A stretch of 64,000 bases of DNA, from the NCBI RefSeq assembly GCF_002571385.2, contig NW_019217864.1, positions 195,695 to 259,694 of the forward strand, in the 5' to 3' direction. Source of the DNA: Stylophora pistillata. Lineage: Eukaryota. Position 1 is the stretch's first letter. Each line of letters begins with the position of its first letter. The notes below the pieces were generated by a model. That model had not been told where the DNA came from. It did no database searches and saw only the letters and a list, made by a program, of their open reading frames with translations. Positions 49,143 to 59,644 of this stretch are shown one piece after another. The translations under genes and the position numbers were made by a program.

Positions 49143-51256
49143 TGATCAAGTCAAATGCATAGTATAGATAAATCAATTAAACATTCCAACTCCAGATTGT
49201 TCCAACAAATCCCTACTGAGCTATTGTGCACAGGGCCACAATAACCTTCATCTATGTATAACAGGTTGAAATGTACCTTGCCCCTGGGAATATTTTCCAA
49301 GTTCTGGTTTAGATAAGCATTCCTGTAAGTAGGCTCATTGTGAAAATTAACTTACATCATCTTAACACTCCTTTGTGACAAAACTTAGCTTGAAATCGTT
49401 GGAGAAATAATCATGTAATGTGATTTGTTGGATAAGATCATGCGACACTCTCTAGGGAATTACATGTGCTCTCCTATCACACCATCCAACTATTAACCTC
49501 GCAGTTTCATTGTTCGTTCTTTAGTCGCTGTTGTAACCTTTCTTCAGATTGGAATAAAGATGAATTTCTTAATAGGTAATGGGTCCAGAACACTTGGTTG
49601 AGCGCTGGATAACGCCCAGAAGAACGCAGAAAATAACTCAGGATAACAGGAGCCTTGAGGAACGGTGGTATAAAAATATCATGTTCATCTTGTTCTTCTA
49701 AGACGTGTTGACTTTGTTCGTTTGTTCAAGATGGCTGAAATCACTAAAATCGAGCCCTTGGATGGAAAGAATTATCAGTCGTGGAAATACAATATTAAGC
49801 TTGTGTTGATGGAACAGAGTTTATGGGGATTTGTTGAAGGAATAGAAACTGCTCCTGGCACAAGTGCTGAAGCCATGGTGCAAAATGCATAACGTCTTCA
49901 TTTGGACAAAAGCTTATTCTTTAATCGCCCTCAATGTTGACAAGAGTTTGCAAGTTCATATTACCTCGACAACAGCTGATCCTCGTGAAGCATGGGGAAC
50001 TTTACAGAAACAGTTTGAATGTGTCTCGATTGTTTGACTGAATCGCAGACTCTATGCCGCTACAATGAAAGAAGGAACTGATCTCATGGAGCACTCGACA
50101 TACATAACTTCGTTGGCTGAGCAGTCGCGTGAATTAAAGGAAGAAATCACTCCGCAAAGGTTTGCAACCATAGTTCTTGGAAGCCTTCCAGAGTCGTATG
50201 ATAACTTCATCAGCAGCCTAAATGCTACCAAAATGGATGAATTGAATTAAGACAACATCAAAGGTTTATTAATTGAAGAATATAAGAAACGAGAAGAAAA
50301 AGAAGACAAGAGTAGCACTCGTCGAAATGAAGCATTGTTCTCTGACAAATGCAATTTTGCACCTCCCAGAGGGAGAAACTCTCAACGCAATGGTTGGAAT
50401 TTTAGAAATACAGAAAGCCTCAAGCAATGTGACCGTCCGGGACAAAAGAAATGCTATAAATGTCAACAAATCGGTCATTTGTTAAGAACTGCCCACTCAA
50501 TCGAAGACAAGGTCACTCGAGCATTGCAGAACATGATTGCAAGCAGCAAGATGACAGTATAGCCTTGAATTCCAGCACGACTCGTCGGAATAGAGATGTT
50601 CGTTGGTACATTGACAGTGGTGCTATAAAGCATTATGACCTTTGAGAGAGATTTAATCATCGATTTTTACAAGTATGAGCAGCCCTCAAAGATCTACCTT
50701 GGTGACAACAGAGCAACTGAAGCCCTTGGAGAAGGAAAAATGAACCTTTTATGCTATAATGAATCAAATGCAGTTAGATTAACTTTAAACAAAGTACTAG
50801 CTGTTTGTGCCCAATTTATCAAAGAACTTGTTGTCTGTTCCTGCTATGATGCCAATGGGAGCAGAAGTTTTATTCAATGAAGGAAAGTGTATCATATCCA
50901 AGAATGAAAGAAGAGTCACCATTGGACACTTGGTGCACAGTAAACTCTACATGGTAAACACAGAGGGAGAGGCTCACATCGCCAGTATGCCATCACAATC
51001 GCTGGAGCAATGGCATTGTTGGTTTGGTCATTTGAATTACTCCTATATTGATCACTTGATAAAAGGCAAACTTGTTGAAGGCATGAGCTATTCAAGTGGT
51101 GAAGTGGACAGAGAATGTGAAGCATGTGCACAAGGGAAAATGCACAGAATTCCTTTCCCCAAGAAAAGTGAAAAGGAAACACATCAGCCCCTCCAATTCG
51201 TACACAGTGACCTCTGTGGCCCAATGAATGTTGATTCTGTTGGTGGAAGCAAATAT

Positions 51257-52596
51257 GTGACCTCTCACAGAAAAACGTACACTAACAGCTTTCCGTTTTC
51301 AAACGGCTTTCCGTTTACAAGCCGTTTGTCAGCCGTTTAGAAAAAATTTGCATCGGTCTGAACGGCTTCGGTCATCCGTTCATCGAAATCATCAGCCTGT
51401 TCAAACGGCTTGTTCACCCGTTCGTCGGAAACATCAGCCCGTTCGAACGGCCTGCTCATCCGTTTGTGAAAAACATCAGCCCGTTCGAACGGCCTGCTCA
51501 TCCGTTTGTGAAAAACATCAGCCCGTTCGAACGGCTTGGTCATCCGTTTGTGAAAAACATCAGCCCGTTCGAACGGCTTGGTCATCCGTTTGTGAAAAAC
51601 ATCAGCCCGTTCGAACGGCTTGGTCATCCGTTTGTGAAAAACATCAGCCCGTTCGAACGGCTTGGTCATCCAGTACTGTTGTCGAAAACAAGACATACGA
51701 ACGGCTTGGTCATCCGTTCATTGAAAAACATCAGTCCGTTCGAACAACTTGGACTATTTTCCGTCGAACGACTTGTAACATCAGTTTGGAAGGTTCATAC
51801 TAGTAACGCCACCCGTTTACTGAAAATAAATTCTTACGTTCGAGCTGCATCAGTCATCTGTCACGTGCTAATGTTTACAAGATTTGTCCAACTTCATTCG
51901 CTCGAATTTTGCCTTTAAACACCGCGCGTACACAAGCAATAACATGTTTCCTAATCGATAAACACTAACTTTCCGTATACGCTTTTCAGTGGGTATGTGA
52001 AGTTTTATTGTCTTGCCGTTCTCACATGGCAGCGTGTCTTTGACCAAAGATTTAAGTAGGTCACAAGTCATGAATTAAAATATCAATAGAATTTTCTATC
52101 ACCTAACTTTCAATTGTTTCTGAGCGGTACTATTGACAAGCGAAAGAGCCGATGGCAGGAAAGATTTCATTTGTAGTATCAATTAACACACAAACAGCAA
52201 AAGTCTAAGTGTTCATCAGACATCTTTTGAAATGCATTGTTTACATACATTTGTCTTCGGAAGCCGTTGAATTTTCGCAAGCCGTTGAGTCGTTCGCGTG
52301 ACCCGTTCGATAATTTTGACAAGCCGTTCGGTCGTTTGGGTAACCCATTCTATAATTTTCACAAGCCGTTCGGTCGTTTGCGTGACCCCTTCGAAAATTT
52401 TGACAGGCCATTCAGTAGTTTAGGTAACCCGTTCGAAAATTTACACAAGCCGTTCGGAATATTTGATAACCCGTTAAGCCCTTCGATAGCATCCGTTTGA
52501 ACGGGAGAGTTCCCCCGTTTGTTACCCGTTCGGTGGCCGTGTGTTTCACCCGTTTAACGGAAAGTCGTTAGTGTACGTTTTTCCATGAGAGGTCAC
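51257..52596. mobile_element. Sola1-like non-autonomous DNA transposon (GTGACC termini, ATAT TSD) inside the Copia integrase
   Basis: atat|gtgacctctcacagaaaaacgtacactaac ... gttagtgtacgtttttccatgagaggtcac|atat; removal restores GGSKYVLTFTDDYTRY. Confidence 0.9.
51350..51775. repeat. 42-bp tandem repeat (~9-10 units) containing the palindrome CCGTTCGAACGG
   Basis: catcagcccgttcgaacggcttggtcatccgtttgtgaaaaa; a related 21/42-bp array lies at ~52260-52500. Confidence 0.93.
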
Positions 52597-53253
52597 ATAT
52601 GTCCTTACATTTACTGATGACTACACCAGATATGTCACAGCCTATTTCATCAAGAGCAAGTCTGAAGTGTTATCAAAGTTTGTGGAATATGTGGAAATGA
52701 TGGAAAATGAAACTGATTTGTGAGTACGAGCCGTTAGAACCAATAATGGTGGAGAGTATACATCCCAGAACTTTAACAGGTTTTGCCCTGACAAGGGGAT
52801 TGCACATCAGCTCACCAACCCGTAAACACCAGAGCAAAATGGTGTTTCAGAGAGGCTGAATCGCACTTTAATTGACTCTGCAAGATCCATGTTCATTCAT
52901 GCAAAGATGCCATTGAAGTTTTGGACAGAAGCTGCAAACACTGCTGTATATCTACACAACCAGAGTCCTACAAATGCACTAAAGGACAAAACACCATTTG
53001 AATGTTAGTTTAGGAAGAAACCAAATGTGTCAAATTTGAAAGTTTTTGGAAGTGTCTGTTTCATCCACACCCCAGATCCCTTACGAAAGAAGCTTGACCC
53101 CAAGAGCTGCAAAGCAGTATTTGTCGGATATCCATCGGAGAGTAAAGGCTACAAAGTGTATGAAGTGGATGCTAAACGTTTCACAAGATGCAGAGACGTC
53201 ATTCTTCATGAGAACAAGTTTCACACATTTGACGAAGTTACCAACAGCACATT

Positions 53254-53323
53254 TACGATGAATATATGAAGTTCATATAATTTGAACTGCGGTTATAGAT
53301 AGGATAGGATCGTGCATCATACA
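53254..53323. mobile_element. 70-bp insert with 12-bp TSD in the Copia element
   Basis: caacagcacatt at 53242-53253 and 53324-53335; shares aggatcgtgcat with the insert at 14585-14788. Confidence 0.7.
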
Positions 53324-54078
53324 CAACAGCACATTCTTCTACAAAAGCAATGTAGAACCCGATGACGTTGGAGATGAGCCACAAGTCTCCACTGTTCCTA
53401 CCATTCCAATCACTACCCTACCACAGAGTCTCCATAGAATTTACCTTCAGTGGGAGCAACCTATGAAGATACTTTTATGCAACAAGTGAGAAGCCTTGGT
53501 CCAACCAGACAGAGAAAAGCACCAGACAGATTTCATCCAGAAGAAAGTTCCATGTCAGAATCTTTAACTGCCGAGAACGAAGAGCCACAGTCTTTGAAAG
53601 AAGCCTTGGGGAGCAACAACTTGAAGGAGTGGAAAGAAGCCTTAGAAGCTGAATACAGCTCATTAATCAGTAATGAGACATGGGAATTAGTACCACCACC
53701 AAAGGATGCTAGCATAGTTGGATCAAAATGGTTTCTAAAGGTTAAACGAGATGCAGATGGTAATATCAACCAATACAAGGCAAGACTCGGTGCACAGGGA
53801 TATTCACAGACACAAGGAGCCAACTATGAAGAAGTTTTCTCTCCTGTCGCCAGATACTCAAGTATCAGAACATTAATATAACTAGCTTTGGTGAATGCAT
53901 ATAACTTAGAAGTTCATCAAATGGATGTCAAGACAGCCTTCCTGAAGTTGACCATGAAATTTACATGTCTCAGCCTGAAGGGTCTGTTGATCCAGATCAT
54001 CCTGACTATGTGTGCAAGCTAAAGAAGAGCCTGTATGGCCTCAGGCAGTCAGCTAGATGTTGGAATCAAACACTCAAC

Positions 54079-54334
54079 TACTGAAGTCGCTAATTTCACA
54101 CTTTATTTCTTAGCTCACAATTGAGATCAATTTTATGATTCGAATGTATGAGCCTTTGGAATCCGCAACAACGCTAACTGAAAACTTCAACAACCAATAT
54201 GTCCAACTCAAAAAACAAAACGTTTCAAGTGTTTTCTCCTCACTCGCTATGCCTTACGGGAGGCAAAGGCCTCCCAACACTAAAAACAAGAAATTCCCCC
54301 TTTTTTTTGTAAATGTTCAACAAAAAGGTAACAA
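54079..54334. mobile_element. Unclassified ~255-bp insert in the Copia RT
   Basis: Removal restores WNQTLN|NFLVTNGYRRSPADECIY; ends in (AAC)n. Confidence 0.7.
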
Positions 54335-55563
54335 CAACAATTTCTTGGTAACAAATGGCTATCGGAGAAGCCCCGCAGATGAATGCATTTATGTGAAAAC
54401 GGTCAAGAGAGATGATGGATTTATCAGTTTTGTCATCTTAGCAGTATATGTCGATGACATAATTCTTGCATCCAACAATGTTAAAATGCTCAAAGCAGAG
54501 AGAGAATCCTTATGCAGAGAATTTGAAATGGTTGATCTGGGAGAAATTCACTTCATCCTCGGAATGTCAAACAAGAGAGACCGAGCTACTAGGACACTGA
54601 CCATTAGTCAAGAGCAGTACCTTAAGGATTTGCTCGAGTGATTTGGAATGGAAGAGTGCAACCCTATGTCAACTCAATCAGGAAAGAAGTTCCACAAGAG
54701 AACCAATGAAGAAGAGCAGTGTGACAAGAGCATCTATCAACAAGCTATAGGGTGCCTCACCTATGTATCAACTGCTACAAGACCAGACATTGCTGCAGCT
54801 GTATTAACTTTATCACAATTTATGTCTAATCCAAGTAAGGAGCATTGGATGGGAGTCAAACGAGTGCTCAGATACATTAAAGGAACACTTAGTTATGGTC
54901 TAAAATTTTCAGTGAAAAATGATGAGTGTGGTTTGTATGGATTCTCTGATGTTGATTGGGCAGGGGATGGAGATAATCAACGGTCTACATCCGGGTATGT
55001 TTTCAAAGTTGCTAATTCCACAGTCAGTTGGTGCAGCAAGAAACAGGCTACAGTCACTAAATCCACTACAGAAGCAGAATGTGTTGCCCTAAGTCAGGCA
55101 AAACAGGAAGCAATCTACTTACGAAAGCTATTGGCTGATGTAGGTTGTAAAGCTGACTCACCCACAGTGTTAAAGGGAGACAATTAAGGTGCCATAGAGC
55201 CATCACAGAACCCAAGATTTCATAACAGACCAAAGCACATTGATGTCACATTTCACTTTATTCATGAGAGAATAGCCTCAAATGAAGTTAAAGTTGTTTA
55301 ATGTCCTTCAAATGATATGTTGGCAGACATCATGACAAAGGGACTTGCTAGATATCGCTTTCAAAAACTCAGAAACTTGTTGAAAGTTTATGCATGTTAA
55401 GATGTTTGTCAATTTTTTGCTATTTATCTCAGAGGACACACATGACATGCTTATCAAGTGGGAGTGTTGGAGAAATAATAATGTAATGTGATTCCTTGGA
55501 CAAGATCATGTGACACTCTCTAGGGAATTACACATGCTCCCCTATTGCATCATCTAACTGTTA

Positions 55564-57652
55564 CTGTAATTTCCAGCCATTTACCCGCACAGCTGATTAC
55601 CCACACCGGCCAATTATTGCATGCAGCGAAAAAAAAAAGTCAACAGATTACCCACACTGGTAGATAACCCGCACCTTAAAAACAAAGAAAATTTGTACAA
55701 ATGTGACCCTCCATAGGACTTTAAAGCTAAAGGTGATAGCATGCTCACACAACACGCTGACACAACATGCTTAGTGTGTCCCACAACATGGATTATGCAT
55801 AGATAAACAAAGAAGAGCACACTTGTTTTGTTTTGCAAGACTTAACACGCTAAATCTTTTGTTTCTCTTAGTGTGCGATCGGTAGCACACTTATATAGCT
55901 GTGCGATTGATAGCACGCTTAGTGTGCGATCGATAGCATGCTTAATGTGCAATTGATAGCACGCTTTACTGTGCGGTTGATAGCACGCTTAGTGTGCGAT
56001 CGATGGCGTGCCCCGTACGAAATTTCTCGGCGAGACACCAGCCATAAAAAATATGCTAATCAGCGAGAATCAAACATGACAAGTCGAGGCGATGATTCAG
56101 CTGACACGAGCGAGACAAACAAATGAGCAAGAACAGAGCAAGACATGTGTGCCACCGAGCACGTCTGATCAGGCCATATTCAAGCCATCCCATTCAAAAA
56201 TTTATGGCCAGACATGAGCGAGATTCAAGTCAGACAACAGTCCCCCTCTTAAAACCATCAAGAATCTAGCAACGAATGTTTTTCTCACTATGGAACGCTC
56301 ATGAAACCAAACACAGCTTATGTTTATTCCCAGCCCTAAGACACTCCAAACTTTCTGTGATATTTTAGCAAGGTGGAATCCTTGGAAACTAAGGCTGAGA
56401 GTTTGGAAAAGCTTAATCTTAATTTGGCGAGCGAAACTACAAGGACAACAGAAAATTTGTAGAAGCGCATAGTCTGTTAATATAAATACTTGTGACTTTC
56501 GCTTGTACCAGCATGTTTTTAGGTTTCAAATTACCGTTCAAATTCATTAGAGTAAAATCTGCGCAAACACTGGAACTGAATTTTGACAAAGCTGGTGCCT
56601 GGCATGGCGTGCTCATGTTTACTTTGAGCAAACAACACTTTTGGTCATCATGCTAATCACCCGCTAAAAAATATTCCCCAAACTTTACCGCGCGAGATTT
56701 GTTTTGCGTTTGTCTGAGAAAATATATCTTCAACACAATACACAAGACTTGAAATGGTCAATGTTTATGACCAACAAAAAGATCGAAAACAGCAAAACAC
56801 ACCGTCGGGTACTGTAAATCCAACTATAGACTACTTCTTCAAAGAAACTGCAAAAAGCAATGAGTTACGTTGACTTTGAAGCTGAATCTCATCGTCTTTT
56901 ATGCGCGAAAAACGGCGATCAATAAGCTTATGCTTGACAACAAGCAGAATCGACTATTATTCGTCAACAGGCTCATTCAAGAATGGTAAGTAACTATCCA
57001 TTGATGTTCCTTTTAACCACTTCAGCCAGTCGTTTTTTAAAGTTCTTTTGACATGGTGGACACACTAGCCTAATTGTTGTGTGCGATCTCGCATGCTAAG
57101 TGTGATGTGTCCTCTCGCACGGTAGCTTTTGTTTTCGAAGGTTAACACGTTTCTATGTTCAACTGCTCACGCTACATTGTTGGACAGGTCAAGCTTTTTT
57201 GTTTTGAGTGTGTTCTATGAAACAAAAGATTTTGCTAACGAAGTTTGCACCTGGACACACCTTAAGCATGCTAAAACTGATTTCCTTTGTTCTAAAGTGG
57301 AAGCGTGTTGTGAGCGTGCTATCACCTTTAGCTTTAAAGTCCTATGGAGGGTCACAAATGTGCTCTATAATTCACAACGTTGCGTACTTGACAGAATGCG
57401 AATTTGTGGCCACATTTTGTGCGAACGATCGTTCAGCGCCATATTGATTTCTCAAAAAAATCGATATCTCTGGTTCTACTGGGCCTAACAGGTCCCTTAA
57501 AATGGGAAAATTCTCTTCAGCTGAAGCTAGTGTTAACTGGAAATTTGTTACAGATGTGCCGGTTATCCTCGGTTTATTTTTGTGACCAAGGTTTTGTTTA
57601 CACTCGTGCCGGTAGTAATTTGTTCGTCGCACAACTAATTGTGCGTGAAATA
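55564..57652. mobile_element. pogo-like MITE inserted in the Copia 3' LTR, itself interrupted by a Sola1-like element and running into an N-gap
   Basis: TA|ctgtaatttccagccatttacccgc; collinear with 39639-40274. Confidence 0.85.
55703..57356. mobile_element. Sola1-like non-autonomous element (GTGACC termini, ~55 bp TIRs, AAAT TSD) with an internal ~22-bp tandem repeat
   Basis: aaat|gtgaccctccataggactttaaagctaaaggtgatagc ... gctatcacctttagctttaaagtcctatggagggtcac|aaat; gtgtgcgatcgatagcacgctta repeats at ~55868-56003. Confidence 0.9.
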
Positions 57653-57738
57653 NNNNNNNNNNNNNNNNNNNNNNNNNNNNNNNNNNNNNNNNNNNNNNNN
57701 NNNNNNNNNNNNNNNNNNNNNNNNNNNNNNNNNNNNNN

Positions 57739-59340
57739 AACTCGTTGAACTTTGTCGCTGAAAAATTTGATGGGCTACTCTTGCTTGTACGTTTCTTTTC
57801 ATTCGGCAAGATATTGTTTAAAGTCTTCCACATTTCCTTAGAGTTTTGGTCATCTGAGAGCTTGTTAGAATAGTAATTGCATTTCTCTTTAAGCATTTTG
57901 GTGGTGACAGCATTGCGTAATCTTTTGTAATTACTCCAGTGTAGCTCATTATTTGTTGATATNGCTTTCTTGTGTTCATAATCACGCTTATGCATGAGAT
58001 CGTTAATCTCAGGCGTTAACCAGGGCACCGATCTTCCCCGAACACGCCGTGTTTCAATTGGTGCGTGTTTGTCAGCAGCTGTCAGGAATAGATCTTTGAA
58101 AGATACCCACGCCTCATTGGGAGTTTGTTCAAGTTCCAAAATATCCCAAGGGATATTTTTTAAATCATCACAAAACAGAGCGGGGTTGTAGTGTTTATAA
58201 TTCCTGATTTCTATCATTCTTGGTGGTGGAAGACGGCCTCTGTGAAGTTTCCTAATTCCAAAATAGCCGAATGATCGGAAAAACCGATCGGTAAAACTCC
58301 AGATACATAGAGTTCGGACATAGAAGTAAAAATTAAATCAATTAAAGTTCTTGAGTTTTGGGTGATCCTTGTGGGCTCGTTGATTAATTGCTTTAAATTT
58401 AGAAGATTCATGGTACGCTGGAAATGTTTTGTTGTCGCATTTGGTGAGATGTAGTCAAAGTTAAAATCACCGAGAAGGACTGTTTCAATACTTTCATTTG
58501 TTCGCTGATTTAACATTTCTTCCAAACTCTCCCTAAAAGTTGATGGATCGAGATTAGGTGGTCGGTAGATGGCTCCAAAAAGGATCTTTCTACTATTCGG
58601 TTGTGATAACTCGAACCAAAGAGCTTCGATATCGTCGGCGCTGATGTCCATGCGCTCAGGATTTAGATTTTCGGCTATGTAGACAGCAATGCCACCCCCA
58701 TGTCGATCTCTGTCTCGTCTCAGTATCTGATAGCCCGGTAAATAAAGTTCAGAGTCCAGGAATGAATCGTCGAGCCAAGTTTCGTTCAAGGACAGGACGT
58801 GAGGCTTGTGCTTGTCACAAAACAACCGCACCTCATTCAACTTATTTCTCAGACTACAGATGTTTATATGAAATATCCGAAGACCTTTCTCCTTCAGAGG
58901 CTGTGATGGACCAGGTCCTGGGTTGGGAGAAACATCGTTGGCCAAGAGAACTAGACTTCCAGCTAGGGTGATATTCAATAGCTTCGTGGCGAGAACCAGC
59001 TTTGTGGCCGGCGCCATTTTAGAAGGTTTGGCGCTTGACTTCGGTTGAGAAGGAGCAGAGTCGATTTGAGGCCGGCTTTGATCCTGAGCCATTGACAAAA
59101 GTGGTAAATTCCCATTCATAGGCAGTTTGGGAACATTTACGAAGAGATGAGCAGCGATTTGACTGACCAGGAGACATATTATCACGGAACCAGAAAAACG
59201 TGACCGGCCCACCATTATGCATAACTAAAATTCATATAACTAAAATACACCAACACTCATATTCCTAGTTACGACTTAACAGTCCACTAAGGCCACATAC
59301 TTAACTGCAAGGACATGATTGAGCTTCTTGTTCTGGGTCT
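57739..59340 (-). mobile_element. APE-type LINE (L2/CR1 group) 5' portion: leader, 2A-like motif, endonuclease, linker; the RT part is not visible beyond the gap
   Basis: ORF 58214-59215: HINICSLRNK, LSLNETWL, RRDRDRHGGGIAVYI, LLGDFN, LIDLIFTS, SDHSAI; frameshift into RNYKHYN...PWLTPEI...EMWKTLN; 5' boundary approximate. Confidence 0.92.
58913..58966 (-). other. 2A-like (StopGo) peptide motif variant LAGSLVLLANDVSPNPGP
   Basis: Resembles D(V/I)ExNPG/P with S in place of E; lies about 10 aa upstream of the APE domain. Confidence 0.65.
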
Positions 59341-59644
59341 AACTATTCATTCAGTTAAAAAAAAAACCCATATACACCTCTTATACAAAAGTAATGAAAA
59401 AAAATTGCAGCATTTCATTTATTTTTCTTTCAAAGTTTCATGGAACTTTTATGTGAAAGTTCATGCAAAAATTCTCAGCTGTACATCGCTTCATTTCGCT
59501 ACAAAAAAGAGTGATATTTCTTCAAATTTTTTGTTACCAAATGAAAGTTTGTAATGAACAGCTTGGGAAAAACAAAAAATTATCTGCAGGACATGCTCAA
59601 TCTACCAGTCATACAATGAGCACGAAACAAGAGATTATAATCTC

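Larger units (their letters stand above)
49397..55563 (+). mobile_element. Ty1/Copia LTR retrotransposon, degenerate, with several nested insertions
   Basis: 5' LTR 49397-49574; PBS ggtaatgggtccag (copia-type internal tRNAi-Met primer); gag from ATG 49731 with CYKCQQIGH, protease WYIDSGA, GAG-pre-integrase WHCWFGHLN, integrase VHSDLCGP, RT YVDD, RNase H; PPT aagtgggag; 3' LTR from 55465 is cut at 55563 by a MITE. Confidence 0.95.

Noticed and set aside
51350-51775. CRISPR-like array of palindromic repeats
   Set aside because: Units are head-to-tail 42-mers with no unique spacers, lie inside a TIR element in eukaryotic DNA, and no cas genes are present.
51337-51918. Repetitive ORFs on both strands (PFERADVFHKRM and similar)
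   Set aside because: Artefact of a stop-free 42-bp repeat unit; no gene context.
54135-54641. Novel N-terminal extension on the Copia RT ORF
   Set aside because: The first ~65 aa come from a non-Copia insert that happens to be in frame.
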